Origin: Callorhinchus milii | Taxonomy: Eukaryota | Length of the DNA stretch: 64,000 nt | Direction: 5' to 3' | NCBI RefSeq assembly: GCF_018977255.1 | Contig: NW_024704742.1 | Coordinates: 33,606,001-33,670,000, forward strand | In this document: one piece after another, positions 41,399 to 54,031 of the stretch | Layout of the letters: each line of letters opens with the position of its first letter | Numbering within the stretch: position 1 is the stretch's first letter | Made by a program: the position numbers and the translations under genes | Notes under the pieces: generated by a model | The model's database searches: none | Seen by the model: the letters and a program-made list of their open reading frames with translations, nothing else | What the model was told of the DNA's origin: nothing

Positions 41399-41803
41399 CT
41401 TCACAAAGAAAGTTAGTTTATTATAAAATGGAAAAGTGTTTCATTTCCCAGCGAAACACACTGAAAACAAAACCTAGAATGTTAACTGATGTTTCCTCCT
41501 ATGGTACACTGGCGTAAAAGAAAATTGTAACAATATCAATAATTATTTTTACAAAACTGTACCAGGAAGAGTGGCTGAGGCCAGGACATCGGACTCATTT
41601 CAGAAAAAGTATAGTGCTGTAATAGAAGGGTGGTATGCTGAGTATTCTGGAAGAATGAGATTAAATAGGTGTTTTCTTCTTCCAAACCTCGCATGTGATC
41701 CCTGTAATACCTTATTTGTAATGAATTTTCCATACAAAAAGCTCGACACCTTCCAAGGTAAGGGGGTTCGCTTGATTTGAAGGTGAGGACGAGGATCTTA
41801 AAG

Positions 41804-42129
41804 ATAATAATAATAATAATAATCCTTGCATTTGATATAGCGCTTTTCACGTCGGGAGGACGTCCCAAAGCGCTTCACAGAACACACTGTAAAGTGAATT
41901 GACTGTATATTTGTGGGCGAACGCGGCAGCCAATTGCGCACAGCAATGTCCCACAAACAGTCGTAGATTGAAAATGACCAATTTAATTATTGTTTTTGGT
42001 TTTTTGGAGGGATTATTATTAGGCGTGTGGAGTAAGGAAACTTGCCCAAGGTTTCGCCCTCTGCCTGGAATTGAACTCAGGTCTCTCACTTGCAAAGCGA
42101 GTGCTCTAACCACTGAGCTACAGGACTCC
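41804..42129 (-). mobile_element. Young full-length tRNA-derived SINE
   Basis: Complete head, core and (ATT)n tail; near-identical to the copy at 43285. Confidence 0.9.
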
Positions 42130-42404
42130 ACAGATTGTTTGAGGGATAGAAAGCCAAGGGTGCTGGGCAAGGTTGGGGAATTGTTGGATCATGGAACCAA
42201 GTGGGGGAGAGGAAGTGGGCTGCATCGTTCTGGCTGTTGGTTGTTCTGTCACATTGAGTTTGGAGATGACAAAGGTGTGGATGAAGATTATAATAGGTTT
42301 CTGCTGTGTTAGGGTCCTCGTAATAATAATAATCCTTGCATTTGATGTAGCGCCTTATCACATCTTCCAGACGTCTCAAAGAGCTTCACAGAATATACTG
42401 GAAA

Positions 42405-42968
42405 GTGAAAATGTTCCCCAAAATCAGGCCATCCCTGGAGCTAGATATCACTGATTTGCTTTCAAACACCCTGAGACATTGTTTCATTTGTGGAGGAATA
42501 GCAGAATATGAATGTGATCAATGCCTTCTGGACCCTATTTTTAAACGAGGACTAATAAAACGGTACTGCGACATTTGCAATATGCAGGTTCATTCTCACA
42601 TGAAGCGGAAGGAGCACCAGATCAGAAAGTTCCCAAGTCCAAATAACTTCTCGGTCAAACCTCCTTTTCCACGACATAAGATGGAACTGTTTGCAGTACT
42701 TTGCATCGAAACCAGCCACTATGTTTCATTTGTGAAATATGGGCCAGGGAAACGATCGGGGGTTTTCTTTGACAGCATGGCCAACCGAATTGATAATGAG
42801 AATATTCCAGAAATAACAGATTGTCCACAAGAGGGTGATTATTTAATGATACCAGAGGACGAGCTGCTTCATACAGACCTAAAGCAGCTTGATGGATTGG
42901 CCAAAAGACACTTCTGCGATGCCTATATGTGCATGTATCAGAGCCCCAAGATGTGCTTGTATAACTAA
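42405..42968 (+). pseudogene. CYLD: 5'-truncated intronless retrocopy of a CYLD-like deubiquitinase (C-terminal USP domain with B-box)
   Basis: Open 187-codon frame with PSLELDITDLL, CxxC zinc ligands, MELFAVLCIETSHYVSFVKYG, FFDSMA and CDAYMCMYQSP. It is contiguous over a region that is multi-exonic in CYLD, lacks the catalytic Cys box, and its 5' end abuts a SINE tail. Probably derived from a CYLD-like paralogue. Confidence 0.85.
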
Positions 42969-43284
42969 TGTGCAACAGAAACTAACCTGATGGTAAACCA
43001 GCAGCTTCTAAGTAAATGGCAATGTGTTTTCAGAGTTTTATATTTTTGTGGAGCGTTGCATTTAAAGAAAAATTACACAGGAGTTCAAAGCTATATAGCC
43101 TTTCAGTTTTCACTCAAAAATGAATTTCATGGTTTTCACTAAATGTGTAGAAAATAGAATGTAATGTGCAAATATTAGAATGTGCAGAATAATTCTGCCA
43201 TGTTCAATACGCAAAAGCAGATGCATTTAGCCATGGCAGTGTTGACTGTTTAAGCAACAGAACGACTTGGGTAACCGCTCCAAC

Positions 43285-43608
43285 TGGAGTCCTGTAGCTC
43301 AGTGGTTAGAGCACTCGCTTTGCAAGCGAGAGACCTGAGTTCAATTCCAGGCAGAGAGAAACCTTGGGCAAGTTTCCTTACTCCACACAGAGCTCTAATA
43401 ATAATCCCTCCAAAACCAAAAACAATAATAAATTGGCCATTTTCAATCTACGACTGTTTGTGGGACATTGCTGTGCGCAATTGGCTGCCGTGTTTGCCCA
43501 CAAATATACAGTCAATTCACTTCAGTGTGTTCTGTGAAGCGCTTTGGGGCGTCCTCCTGACGTGAAAAGCGCTATATCAAATGCAAGGATTATTATTATT
43601 GTTATTAA
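43285..43608 (+). mobile_element. Young full-length tRNA-derived SINE
   Basis: GGAGTCCTGTAGCTCAGTGGTTAGAGCACTCGCTTTGCAAGCGAG head through to the (ATT)n tail. Confidence 0.9.
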
Positions 43609-43771
43609 TTGACAGCATATTTTGTGGGCGAAACAAAAATGGTGGAGGCGAGCAATGGTGCAGAAAAGTGGACTTGTTCAGAATATGGATAAAAGTTTTG
43701 TAGGAGTGTTGCACAAGATGTGGAAGTTCCATATTGGCTGCAACGGAGTGAGCAACTGTTGAGGTCAACAC

Positions 43772-43875
43772 AGTTCTGACGAAAGGTTATCGACCTGAAA
43801 CGTTAACTCATTTTCCTCTCTCCATAGATGCTGCCTGACCTGCTGCGTGTTCCCAGCCACTTCTGTTTTTATTAC
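43772..43875 (+). mobile_element. Penelope-like terminal repeat with minimal type I hammerhead motif
   Basis: AGTT-CTGACGA-AAGGTTATCGACCT-GAAAC-GTT-AACT, followed by sequence shared with the 29511 element. Confidence 0.6.
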
Positions 43876-44609
43876 GGTCTGTATTGAGGTTAGAAGCCGA
43901 ATGGGATACATTTGCTTATACAGTGCAAGTTAATAATAGTAAAAGAAAAAAATCCATCTCAATTTACTGAACACCATAACATTAATAATCTTTGCATTTG
44001 ATACAATGCCTTATTACATCGTCACGCCATCTCAAAGTGCTTCACCGGATATGCAGTAAAGTGGTGTGACTGTGTATTTTGTGGACATACGCAGCATACA
44101 TGTCTACAGTTTTCAGCTAAACTTGATAAACAATTAATAAAACAGTTACTGAGTTTTGTTACTCCAGTTTGCTGAGCAACAACTAGGCTTAGCTATGGTG
44201 AGAGGCCGGTAGAATTATATTCCCTAGATCTCAGGAGGAAAATGATTTGAGACTTTTAAAATAAAAGAAAATTGACAATTTATGTAGTAAATGACTCATC
44301 TCAAGAGGAGGAAATCGAGAGAAAGGGATTGAAACTTAAAATTAGAGCTTTACCACCCAGAAGTAAATCTAGACAAGGACTATGAGAACGTGAACTTCAC
44401 TGCCCCAGAAGGTCACAGATGCAGAATCAATTCAGGTGACGTGAGGGGGAGACAGATAGATACCTGAGAAGTAACGGTATAAAGGCATGTGAGGAAAAGG
44501 CAGGGAAACTGTATTAGATAGAAAGAGCTGCCATCTACGAATAAAATAAGACAAGGATACACAAGTTGAAAGGCTTATTTCACTTCCTAGGTTTCTCAAA
44601 CTGACCAGG

Positions 44610-45050
44610 CTTTTTTTGGTCAGCTGGGTGTCTGACACATGAGCAAACCCATCACTGTGCTTAAGAGTATTCGAACCAAACCGAGAGTTCCATGTATCCC
44701 ACCTACACATGGAAATGTCTGTGTTTCAGAATGGAATGCACTCTCTTTCCATAGACACATCCTGCTTACTTAATTCTAGAGAGAGTATTAGGCTCAGGGA
44801 TGGCAAGGGCCAGGACTTGGGGACCCCCGAGTGTGAGTTGGGGCACTGCTGGAATTCAACCAGCAAAACTTCATAGCTTGCCATTGAAAGCACTGCCTGG
44901 AAAGCTTCTCACCTCTTGTTCACCTCGGGTCCCTACCCAATTAGGTCTGGCTTGTAAGGTTAACATGAACTGAGTGGGAAGAATCCCTCCCCAAGTCTGC
45001 CCCTCCAAGTCGTGCTGATGAGCCAGGCTGGTTGGTGTCTGAAAAGAGCA
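44610..45050 (+). repeat. Family X dispersed repeat
   Basis: Long colinear match to 47640-48150. Confidence 0.7.
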
Positions 45051-46469
45051 TTCTCCTGCCATTGTGTATGGATGTTGATCAAGTATACGATCGGGCATGG
45101 GTAGGTTACCCTGCATGGTTTAACATAATGTGCAACACTTACTGTCTTGCCTCATGAATGAAAAACTGCCACTTAAGTGACAGTGGCACTGAAGGCAGCT
45201 GTTGAACAGCACCAGATCATCAACAGTTCAGGAGGAGGAGGAGGGGTGGAAAATGAAGAATCACTTTCATCTATGTACACAAAATAATGTCCTGCTGTGT
45301 TTACACTTGAGGCTTCAGCTCAAAGCCCAGTCTCACAATCCAGTGCAGTACTGGGAGAGCACTGAATTGTTGGAGGTGTAATCTTTCAGATGAGATGTTA
45401 AAGGCCTATGTGCCTGTTGTTCCTCAGGTGCCTGTTTTAAGATCCTGTGACAGTATTTGAAAAGATGAGGGGGTCTCTCCTGTTTTAACCAACAATCCTC
45501 CAAATTAAATTGGTCATTTGCCTCATAGCTGTTTTGGGGAGCTTGCTAACACAACAATTTGCCTAAAAAATACTGTGCGGCATTTTGCAACATGATAGGA
45601 CGCAATTGCAAATACAAGGATTATTTATATATATTATTTATTGCAGTGCTGCTCATGGAATACATGCAATTTATACCAGCATTGCAATAAAGTGGCCCTA
45701 TTATCTCTGGTGGTGATATCTCTCAACCTCTGAAAACAGCATTCCCTCTGCTGTTGTTCTGTTCTGGCTGGGAGTGACTAAAAAACAAATAGATTACCAT
45801 TGAAAGCACCGTCTGGCAAGCTTTCCCACAGCTTGTCCAGGACCACCCTTACCCATCAGGGCTTTGGTTGCGGGCATAATGGGAGCTGAGTGAGAAGGGT
45901 CCCTGCCCCAGTGTTTGATCTACCCTTCAAGGCCTGCTGATGAGCCAGGCTGGCTGTGCTGTCAACAGTTGAGCCCTGGAGAACTGTGGACCCACTTAAC
46001 TCAGGAACTGGACTACCGAGACCACCAGAGAGTGGACTTGATTCTGATATTCCATTGCCAAGCACGTCACCTTGCAGCCATTTCAGCTACAAGGAGATCC
46101 AGGTAACCTTCTCCCGGAGGAGGATAGCCCAGGCCTACAGGCTAGCACTGTGGTTCTGTGCACTGCTGCCTTATACAGACCTTCAATGTGGAGCAAAGTT
46201 CAGCAGCCAGACAACAAACAGAAGCAACAAGGAACAACTGCACTCATCGGTACGTTCTCAAACAGTTATTCCGACATTGGTGCCAATGCTTTAGATTTCC
46301 TCCAGGGTAAATAGGATTGAATTGAATTCTATTGGGAGGCAGACAAGGGCAGCTCTTTATTTAGTGTGTTTGAGATTGAAACATCCTGCAAGGTAAACAT
46401 GGCATGACAGGGTTAAAGCTTTTTTCTGAGAACCAGTTCTAAGAGACTGGCCTGAGGGCACATATTTAC

Positions 46470-46594
46470 CTTGATCTGTTTCCTGCCCAGCAGGGGTTCA
46501 GTGCTGGTGATCTTCACAATGACTCCACTCACAAACTGCGGCCCAAGGGTGTTAACCTTCACAGAGGGCTGGGCTCCTTCATCGTTAACCTTTC
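46470..46594 (-). CDS. LARP7: LARP7 exon (start of xRRM)
   Basis: AAG|...AAG|GTAAAT, 125 nt, (G)[41 protein letters not shown]. Confidence 0.93.
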
Positions 46595-46838
46595 CTTCAA
46601 TGGAAGAGAACAATATGGCCCATATCAATAGCTTTGAAATTCAGACACTTCACACTAATAAATTCATTCACAGAAATCCAGCATTTCTCTTCTCCATTTC
46701 CAACTACCTGAGGACATTTACAAAGCCTTGTTTTGTCCGTAAACTATTTGCGTGCTAATTAGACTTACATTGTGCAGCATCAGATTTGCGACTGTCCCAC
46801 AAGACTGGGGAAGAAGTGTAATCAATGTAGTGATTAAT

Positions 46839-47079
46839 AAAAATAATAATCCTTGCATTTGATATGGCGCTTTTCACGTCTTCTAAATGTCTCAAAACGC
46901 TTCACGAATATACTGTAAAGTGAATTGACTATATTTGTGGTGAAATGCGACAGCCAATTGCACACAGCAGTGTCCTACCAGAGTAAGGCAACTTGCCCAA
47001 GGTCTTGCCCTGCTGGGAATCAAACCCAGGTCTTTCGCTTACCAGGCGAGCGCTCTAACCACTGAGCTACAGGACTCCA
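46839..47079 (-). mobile_element. tRNA-derived SINE with internal deletion
   Basis: Head and tail present; middle shortened. Confidence 0.75.
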
Positions 47080-47194
47080 CATAATTTTGATGATAATTTC
47101 GTTAGGATCAAAGATAACCTCATCCCAATTTCAAAGATAAAAACTGACTGGAATGTAATTTAATTATCCAGTGTAAATAGGTGACAAGCATGTT

Positions 47195-47570
47195 GTCAGT
47201 TTAGCTCAGTCGGTAGAACTCTTGGCTTGGAGTCAAAAGGCTCTGAGTTCAAGCCCCATGGTGGGACTTTGAGCTCAAAGTCTAGCCTGACACTCCATTG
47301 CAATGATGGGGGAAGTGCTGGCCTTCAGCTGAGATCTTAAACTGAAATCCCATCTGCCTGTGCAGTTGGACATTAAAAATCCCGTTGCACTGTTCAAAAA
47401 GAGATGGGTCACCTGATGTCCTGGCCAATAATCCTCCAGATAAATTGGTCATTCACTTCATGATTGTTTGTGGGATATCACTGTGCATAAATTGGTTGAC
47501 ATACTTGACTACAAAATACAGTCACTACAATTCACAGTAAAAGCCTGTAAAGCACCTTGAGACACTTCAG
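47195..47570 (+). mobile_element. Old DeuSINE (SacSINE1/AmnSINE1-like) copy
   Basis: tRNA-like head (TAGCTCAGTCGGTAG...GAGTTCAAGCC), TTAAAAATCCC..GCACTGTTC middle and TGTGCATAAATTGG Deu-like core. Confidence 0.6.
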
Positions 47571-47639
47571 TGAGAGATGCTTGATTATCAGGCAATATTG
47601 CTCCTGAGATTTTTCTGAGATTTCTGTTTATGTACCACT

Positions 47640-48150
47640 TTTGTTTGGTCATCTGGGTGTCTGGCACATACAGAAGTCCATCATCATGCTAAGAGAAGCC
47701 AAATCAGACAGAGTTCTATGCATCCCACCTACACATCAAAATTCCAGTGTGGAATGCACACTCTTCCACCGAGGAAGGGATCCTACTTAAATAATTTCAG
47801 GGAGTATCAGGCACATGTTGGCCTGGGCAAAGGTTTAGGGACCCCAGAGTGCATGTTAGTGTACTGCTGAAATCCGACTAGCTAAAATCGCAGAGATTGT
47901 TATTGAAGGCACAGTCTGGCAAGTCGTCCTGCTGCTTGTCCAGCTGGGACCACGCTACCAGTTAGGGCTTTGGCTTGTAGGGTTAACAGGAGCTGAGTGG
48001 GAAGAATCCCTGCTGATCACATCCTAAATGCAATTTCTTGTTGTCGTTGCTGTTAATGAGCCAGGCTGGTTAGTCTGTCATCAGCAATGTCCTGAAGTAC
48101 TACAGACCGGCCTGCTCGGGCACTGGACTACCGAGACCACTGTAGAAGAT
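47640..48150 (+). repeat. Family X dispersed repeat
   Basis: Colinear with 44610-45050 and, at its 3' end, with 45790-46040. Confidence 0.7.
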
Positions 48151-49454
48151 TGACTCAATTACAATGTTTCATTACCTGTCACCCTGGCTAATAACCCTAC
48201 CTGCATAAGAAATGAACTTCACGGTGTAGTTAGGATTTGGATCTGACACTACACTATGAACTCTAGATTATTATTTTCTCCTTTTCACCTTTTCTCAAGT
48301 CTGTGGGTCGTGGATATTGGAAAAGACATTGTGTGGGGTTCATCTGGTCAGTTTCAAATTTACAATAAACATATATAAAAAACAAAGTGCCAGACAGGTA
48401 ACTTGGAATTATTGGAAAATCAAAGTATCCTACAATTCAATCAATATTCTACTCAATTCCTTCTAACGGGTTTTGCCCACAAATATACGGTCAATTCACT
48501 TTACAGCATATTCTGTGAAGCGCTTTGAGACGTCAAGAACATGTGAAAAGCGCTATATCAAATGCAAGGATTATTATTATATTATATACTATTATATATA
48601 TTAACTCTCCCAGTAAAACATTTAATTTTTCCTGTCGTACTTATAGACTTTCTTTGATTTCTCTCCACCATTCCCCCACACCCTTCCCACCCGAGATGAG
48701 ATCCCGTCTGCCTATTCAAGTGATGTTAAAGAACCCACGACATTATTCTAAAAAAGGGAGTTTTTCCATATATACAGTCCTCTAAACTGTAAAGTAATGC
48801 AAGGATTACTATATGATTTTTTCAAGTCTCTTCTCCAAAAGCAGTGATTGAAGTTAGGTATAGTTCCTTACTCTCTGGCTACGTTTACCAAATGGCTGTT
48901 CATAATGTATGAGCTTTGAAGGCAATTCAATTCAAGTGTGAAGAAAAAAAAGAGGAAAAAAATTGTACGCAAATCCGTTATGTTTTCTGCATTTGTACAT
49001 TCCTACTTATTTTTCAGCATTCCTGTGTTCCTAAAAATAGTTGGTTATGGTACAAATGTCACATATGTCAAAGCTGTAGTCAGAGTGAATTCACAAGTGT
49101 AAATAAGGGATTGTAGACTTTGCCAAGATGCCATCAGTTAGATTAAGCAGAGAATGGAGACAATGAATGCAATTTTTCTTTAAATGGGGACAGAAAGGAA
49201 GGAAAACTGACTCTATAGTTGCATCTTAAACAGTGGAGCAAAGTCAGCTAACATAGTATGCCTTGAAGCATTTAAATAACAAGTTCAGATTGATATTCGG
49301 TGTTTACATGTATTAAATTCTGTTAGGTTCTCCATGATCTATACATCCAACTTCCTAAAAGATTACTTGACACTTGTCTCATCAGGTAATAACTCTAAAT
49401 CCTTTTAATTTCCAGTAACTACAAATATATTCTACGGATGTCTAACATATTATA

Positions 49455-49797
49455 ATACTTGCATTTGATTTAGCACCTTATCACATCATCGAGACATCTC
49501 AAAGGGCTTCACAGAATATACTGTAAAGTGAATTGCCTATATTTTGTGGCCGAAACGCAGCAGTGAATTGCGCACAGCAGTATCCCACAAACAGTCGTTG
49601 ATTGAATGACCAATTTTTTTAAAGTAAGTATTACCTCCGTAAAAGTGATCCGTCAATCACTAACAACCGTATTCCTACTTACTGCTAGGCAAACAGAGGT
49701 GTGTGGTGTAAGGAAACTTGCCCAGCATTTCGCCTTACTGGGAATCAAACTCAGGTCTTGAGAGGCCCTTGCTCTTACCACCGAGCTACAGGACTCT
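49455..49797 (-). mobile_element. tRNA-derived SINE, diverged
   Basis: Head, core and tail recognisable on the minus strand. Confidence 0.75.
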
Positions 49798-52093
49798 ACA
49801 ATTCAGAAACACATCACGAACAGAACCTTGGTTTAACATTTTCTCTGAAGCACGACACCTCCAACAATTGCAGCACACCCCCAGTACTGAATTGGAGTAT
49901 CAGCCAAGACTATATGAGTTGCAAGTTCCAACATCAGGATTGAACTCACAACCTTCTGATTCAGAGACAAGAGTACCACCAACTGAGCTAGGCTGACACA
50001 CTATATTGGGTGCTATATAAATGTAAGTTGTTGTTCTTTCTGCCTACTTGGGTGCACATTAACAAACTCATGGCGCTATTCAAAAAAAGAGCATTTTTCC
50101 CAGTATCCATCAATCTCCTAAATAAAAAACATGCTCATTACTTTCATAGCGGTTTGTGGATCAATGGTGCGCACAAATTGGCTGCCACTTTCATCTACAA
50201 ATGCATGGATTATGATTATTATAAGTGCCTTGTAGTACTGTGGACTTGCCTGGTACAGGACAACCAAGAACATTGACTTGATTCTAATATCCCATTGCAG
50301 TCATCTTGGCACAAAGGAGGCTCTGTTTACCTCCTGTCAAGGATCCAGAAACTTGTTTTATTTCTTTTTGAAATCCTTCAAGCTGGCTCCAAGGTGACAC
50401 ACTTGGCAATGGTATGTCAGAATCAAGTCAATTCTGTACGCCAGTCTCGGTAGTCCAATTCCTGAACCAGGCAGGTCTGCAGTACTCTTGGGGATTGCTG
50501 ATGACAGACCAGCCAGACTCATCATTAAGCTCTAGAGGGTTCGATTTCCAGATACCTGGAGTCCACCTGGCAAGCCGGGGTTACTGTATGTGTAACTCAG
50601 TCTGGTTTAGATACTCTAGTCTAAAGCATGATAATAGGTTTCTACATGTCAGCTGATCAAGAACAATTTTTAATCATATATCTAGCACCCAAGTTTCACT
50701 CTTGATTCTGTGACCTTGAAGTGGCCACAGGATTCCCACAAAAGCGCCATTTTATTTATACTGCTTTCACTTTGTAATTTCCGAATTCAGAAACTGGCAT
50801 GAAAAAGAGGTAGTTGTTTTTATATTGCATGAAGTCTCAGTACTTCTTCAGGCCACTCCAGTAAATTTTGTTTTGTGAATTCCACTAAGTAACATTATCA
50901 GAGGCTGCAAATTATACCCCTAAAGAAAATCACACAACTTTGCTCCAACCTTCCCCTCCTCACCACATTTTCACTTGCTTTGAGATTTGCGGAGATCTCC
51001 ACTTTCTCCCACCTTGCCTTCTTCAAGTTTCATCTCAAGACTTTCCTCTTTGACCAAAACGTTAGTCATCTCCCCCCCACCGCCCTTGGAATCCACCCAT
51101 CCGAAATGCAACCATCAGATCAGGTGCGAACCCTCAATTGTCCAGCACCTTGGGATGTCCTCCCAATGTGAAAGGCGCTATATAAATGCAATATGTGGTT
51201 GTCATAAATCCTGTGAAGTGCTTTGAGACAATCTCCTCAAGTGAAAGAAAGGCACTATATCAAATACAAGGATAATTATTATTCTCTTTTTTATGTGTGT
51301 CTGTGGGTGGGTGGGGGGGGGATGGTGGGGGGGCAGAGACATAAGGTCAGATCTTACACAATTTGAAGTCAGGAAATCCAGCCATTGTACCAGTTGCCTC
51401 TTGAGACAAATTCCTTGTATAAAAAGCAGCAATATGCAGCAGCAACAGCAGCACCACAACAGCAACAGAACATAAAAAGGGCCTTTTGTATTTGATATGT
51501 CACAGAGATAAGTCAGTACCACAACTACGTTAAACCAAATGTATCAAAAGTATTAGCTCCGTGATGACATCCCAGGAAATGACAGAAAGCAAAGATTTGG
51601 TGCTTTCATCAGCATAAGCTATTATGGTACTGAATTACGACCCACAGTTCTTTTAACACCTCTCTGCCTGTCTGGAGAGATAGCAGCACCTACCTCAAGA
51701 TTCTTCACACTTTTAAATTACCTGCCATTACTTGTTGCTTCATTATGGTTGCATTTTGAATAAAGTTTTTCAACCCTCTCAGCAATTTGGTTGAAAATAT
51801 TCACAGTGAAATGTGAAATAATGGACTCTGTTTCCCTCAAGTCAAAAATAATATAATTAGTTTTCTATGGAAATGTGGGTAGAAATTAACCCGAGTCTAG
51901 ATTTACTCATGTAGCATTTTACCAAGCGTGTAGAATTTGGCAAATTGTTGAATTAGTCTTAACTTTGAAATTGGTTTTCTGAAGTTCTCAAAGGTGGCTT
52001 CAAAATTAAGGCTTTGTAAAGAATTTACCAACATTTGGGACTCTGAAATGCTAAGTAAATAGAATAAATTTAGAATAAATTTCTATTTACTCA

Positions 52094-52392
52094 TGGAGTC
52101 CTGTAGCTTAGTGGTCAGAGCACTCGCAAGCGAGGCACTTGGGTTCGATTCCCGGCAGGGCAAAACCTTGGGCAAGTTTCCTTACTCCACATGCCTGATA
52201 ATAATCCCTCAAGAAAAAAATAATAAATTGGTCACTTCAATCCACAGCTGTTTGTGGACACTTGCGCAATGGCTGCTCTGTTTTGCCCACAAGTATACAG
52301 TCAATTCACTTTACAGTATATTCTGTGAAGCGCTTTGAGACATCTAGAAGACTCGAAAAGCGCTATATCAAATGCAAGGCTTATTTATTATT
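52094..52392 (+). mobile_element. tRNA-derived SINE
   Basis: Head with GGGTTCGATTCC, core and tail. Confidence 0.8.
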
Positions 52393-52544
52393 ATAAATCT
52401 AGATCTAGGTGTCAGCCTAGCTCAGTTGGTAGCCCTCGCACCTCCAAGTCAGAAGGTTGTGGGTTCAAGTGTCATGTCCAGACTTTGAACTCAGTCCAGA
52501 CTAAAACTCTAATGCAGTGTTGTGAGTGCACTGCATTGTTGGAT

Positions 52545-52838
52545 AATAATAATAATAATCCTTGCATTTGATATAGCGCTTTTCACGTCGGGAGGACGTC
52601 CCAAAGCGCTTCACAGAACACACTGTAAAGTGAATTAACTGTATATTTGTGGGCGAACGCGGCAGCCAATTGCGCACAGCAATGTCCCACAAACAGTCGT
52701 AGATTGAAAATGACCAATTTATTATTGTTTTATTTTGGAGGGATTATTATTAGGCTCTGTGTGGAGTAAGGAAACTTGCCCAAGGTTTCGCTCTGCCTGG
52801 AATTGAACTCAGGTCTCTCGCGTGCAAAGCGAGTGCTC
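52545..52838 (-). mobile_element. Young SINE nested in an older DeuSINE (52410-52940)
   Basis: Near-identical to the 41804 copy. The old SINE head lies at 52410-52540 and its middle resumes at 52840. Confidence 0.8.
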
Positions 52839-53671
52839 CCCCATATGCTATCCTTTGGATAAGACTTTAAACCTAGGTTCCGTCTCCCTGTTCAGGTTAA
52901 TGTTAAAGATCCTATGGCACTACTTAAAACGAAGAGGGAGGGAGTTGAAAAGGTCAGGGGCCTAGGATCTGAAAGCAGCCACTGATGGAGAGAGTGGGGG
53001 CCGCACAGCAAACCTGAGTTAGCCAAGCTGAGGAATAGGGATAAATGGAGATCAGTGTAATAGAGATGTGCTAAGATATGGAGGGATTTGTAGGCGAGGG
53101 CGATGATTTTGAAAATTAAGGCCAAAGAGCTAGGATACACATTGATAGTGACCACTTGTGTGAGGTGAGGGAGAGTGACTAGCATCTATAGAATTGTATC
53201 CCAGTAAATGAAAAGAAATAAGCACCTAAAGGAGAGGAGGGGAGAAGTGAAAACATAATTTAATGCACAATAAGAGTTCGGTCCTCTTGTACAAGGCTGG
53301 CAATGCAAAAACTTGCAGAATGGAGACGATGGATGGCCAAATCTAAAATCAGTTTGCTACTTTGGCAACAGTTGTTCTTGTTTTGTGTTTGCGTAAAAGT
53401 TAGTGTTCGCCCCATTGGCATGCATTCTTCCCTGCAGTGTAAGCAGATCAAATCCACAGCACTAGCAGCCAACTGCAAAATAGAGCTAATCCTTACTAAT
53501 GTTTCACCTTGCAAGCTCATTGCACACTGGAAGCAAATGTGTGTATATCAGAATTAAATCAGAAGAGCATCCACAACCATATCTTGGGATTCACAATGCT
53601 GGCGTGCAGACATGTTGAGACACTACACATGCCTGGAATTCATTTCACTATGTACAGGGTCCGATGGCGGG

Positions 53672-54031
53672 AAATAATAATGATAATCCTTGCATTTGAT
53701 GTAGCCCTTTATCATGTAATTGAGACGTCTCAAATCGCTTCACAGGATACAGAGTGAAGTCGATTGATTGTATATTTTGTGGATGAAACAAAGCAGTCAA
53801 TTGTGCACAGCCGTGCCCCTCAAATCCTGCCCTTTGTTTCCCAATTTTTTCAGAGGGATTATTATCCCCAGAATGAAATCCGCCAATTGACTAACAACTG
53901 GGTTCCTACTTATCGCTAGGTAAACAGAAGTACGTGGACTAAGGAAACTTGCCTAAGTTTTCGCTCTAACGGGGAATCGAACCTGTGTCCTCTCGCTTGC
54001 AAGTATACTAAGTACTACACTATGGGACTCC
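53672..54031 (-). mobile_element. tRNA-derived SINE, diverged
   Basis: Head, core and tail recognisable. Confidence 0.7.

Noticed and set aside
43285..43356. tRNA-Ala gene (and the similar heads at 6358, 18077, 42129 and 52094)
   Set aside because: No proper acceptor stem or Pol III terminator, and each continues into a SINE body.
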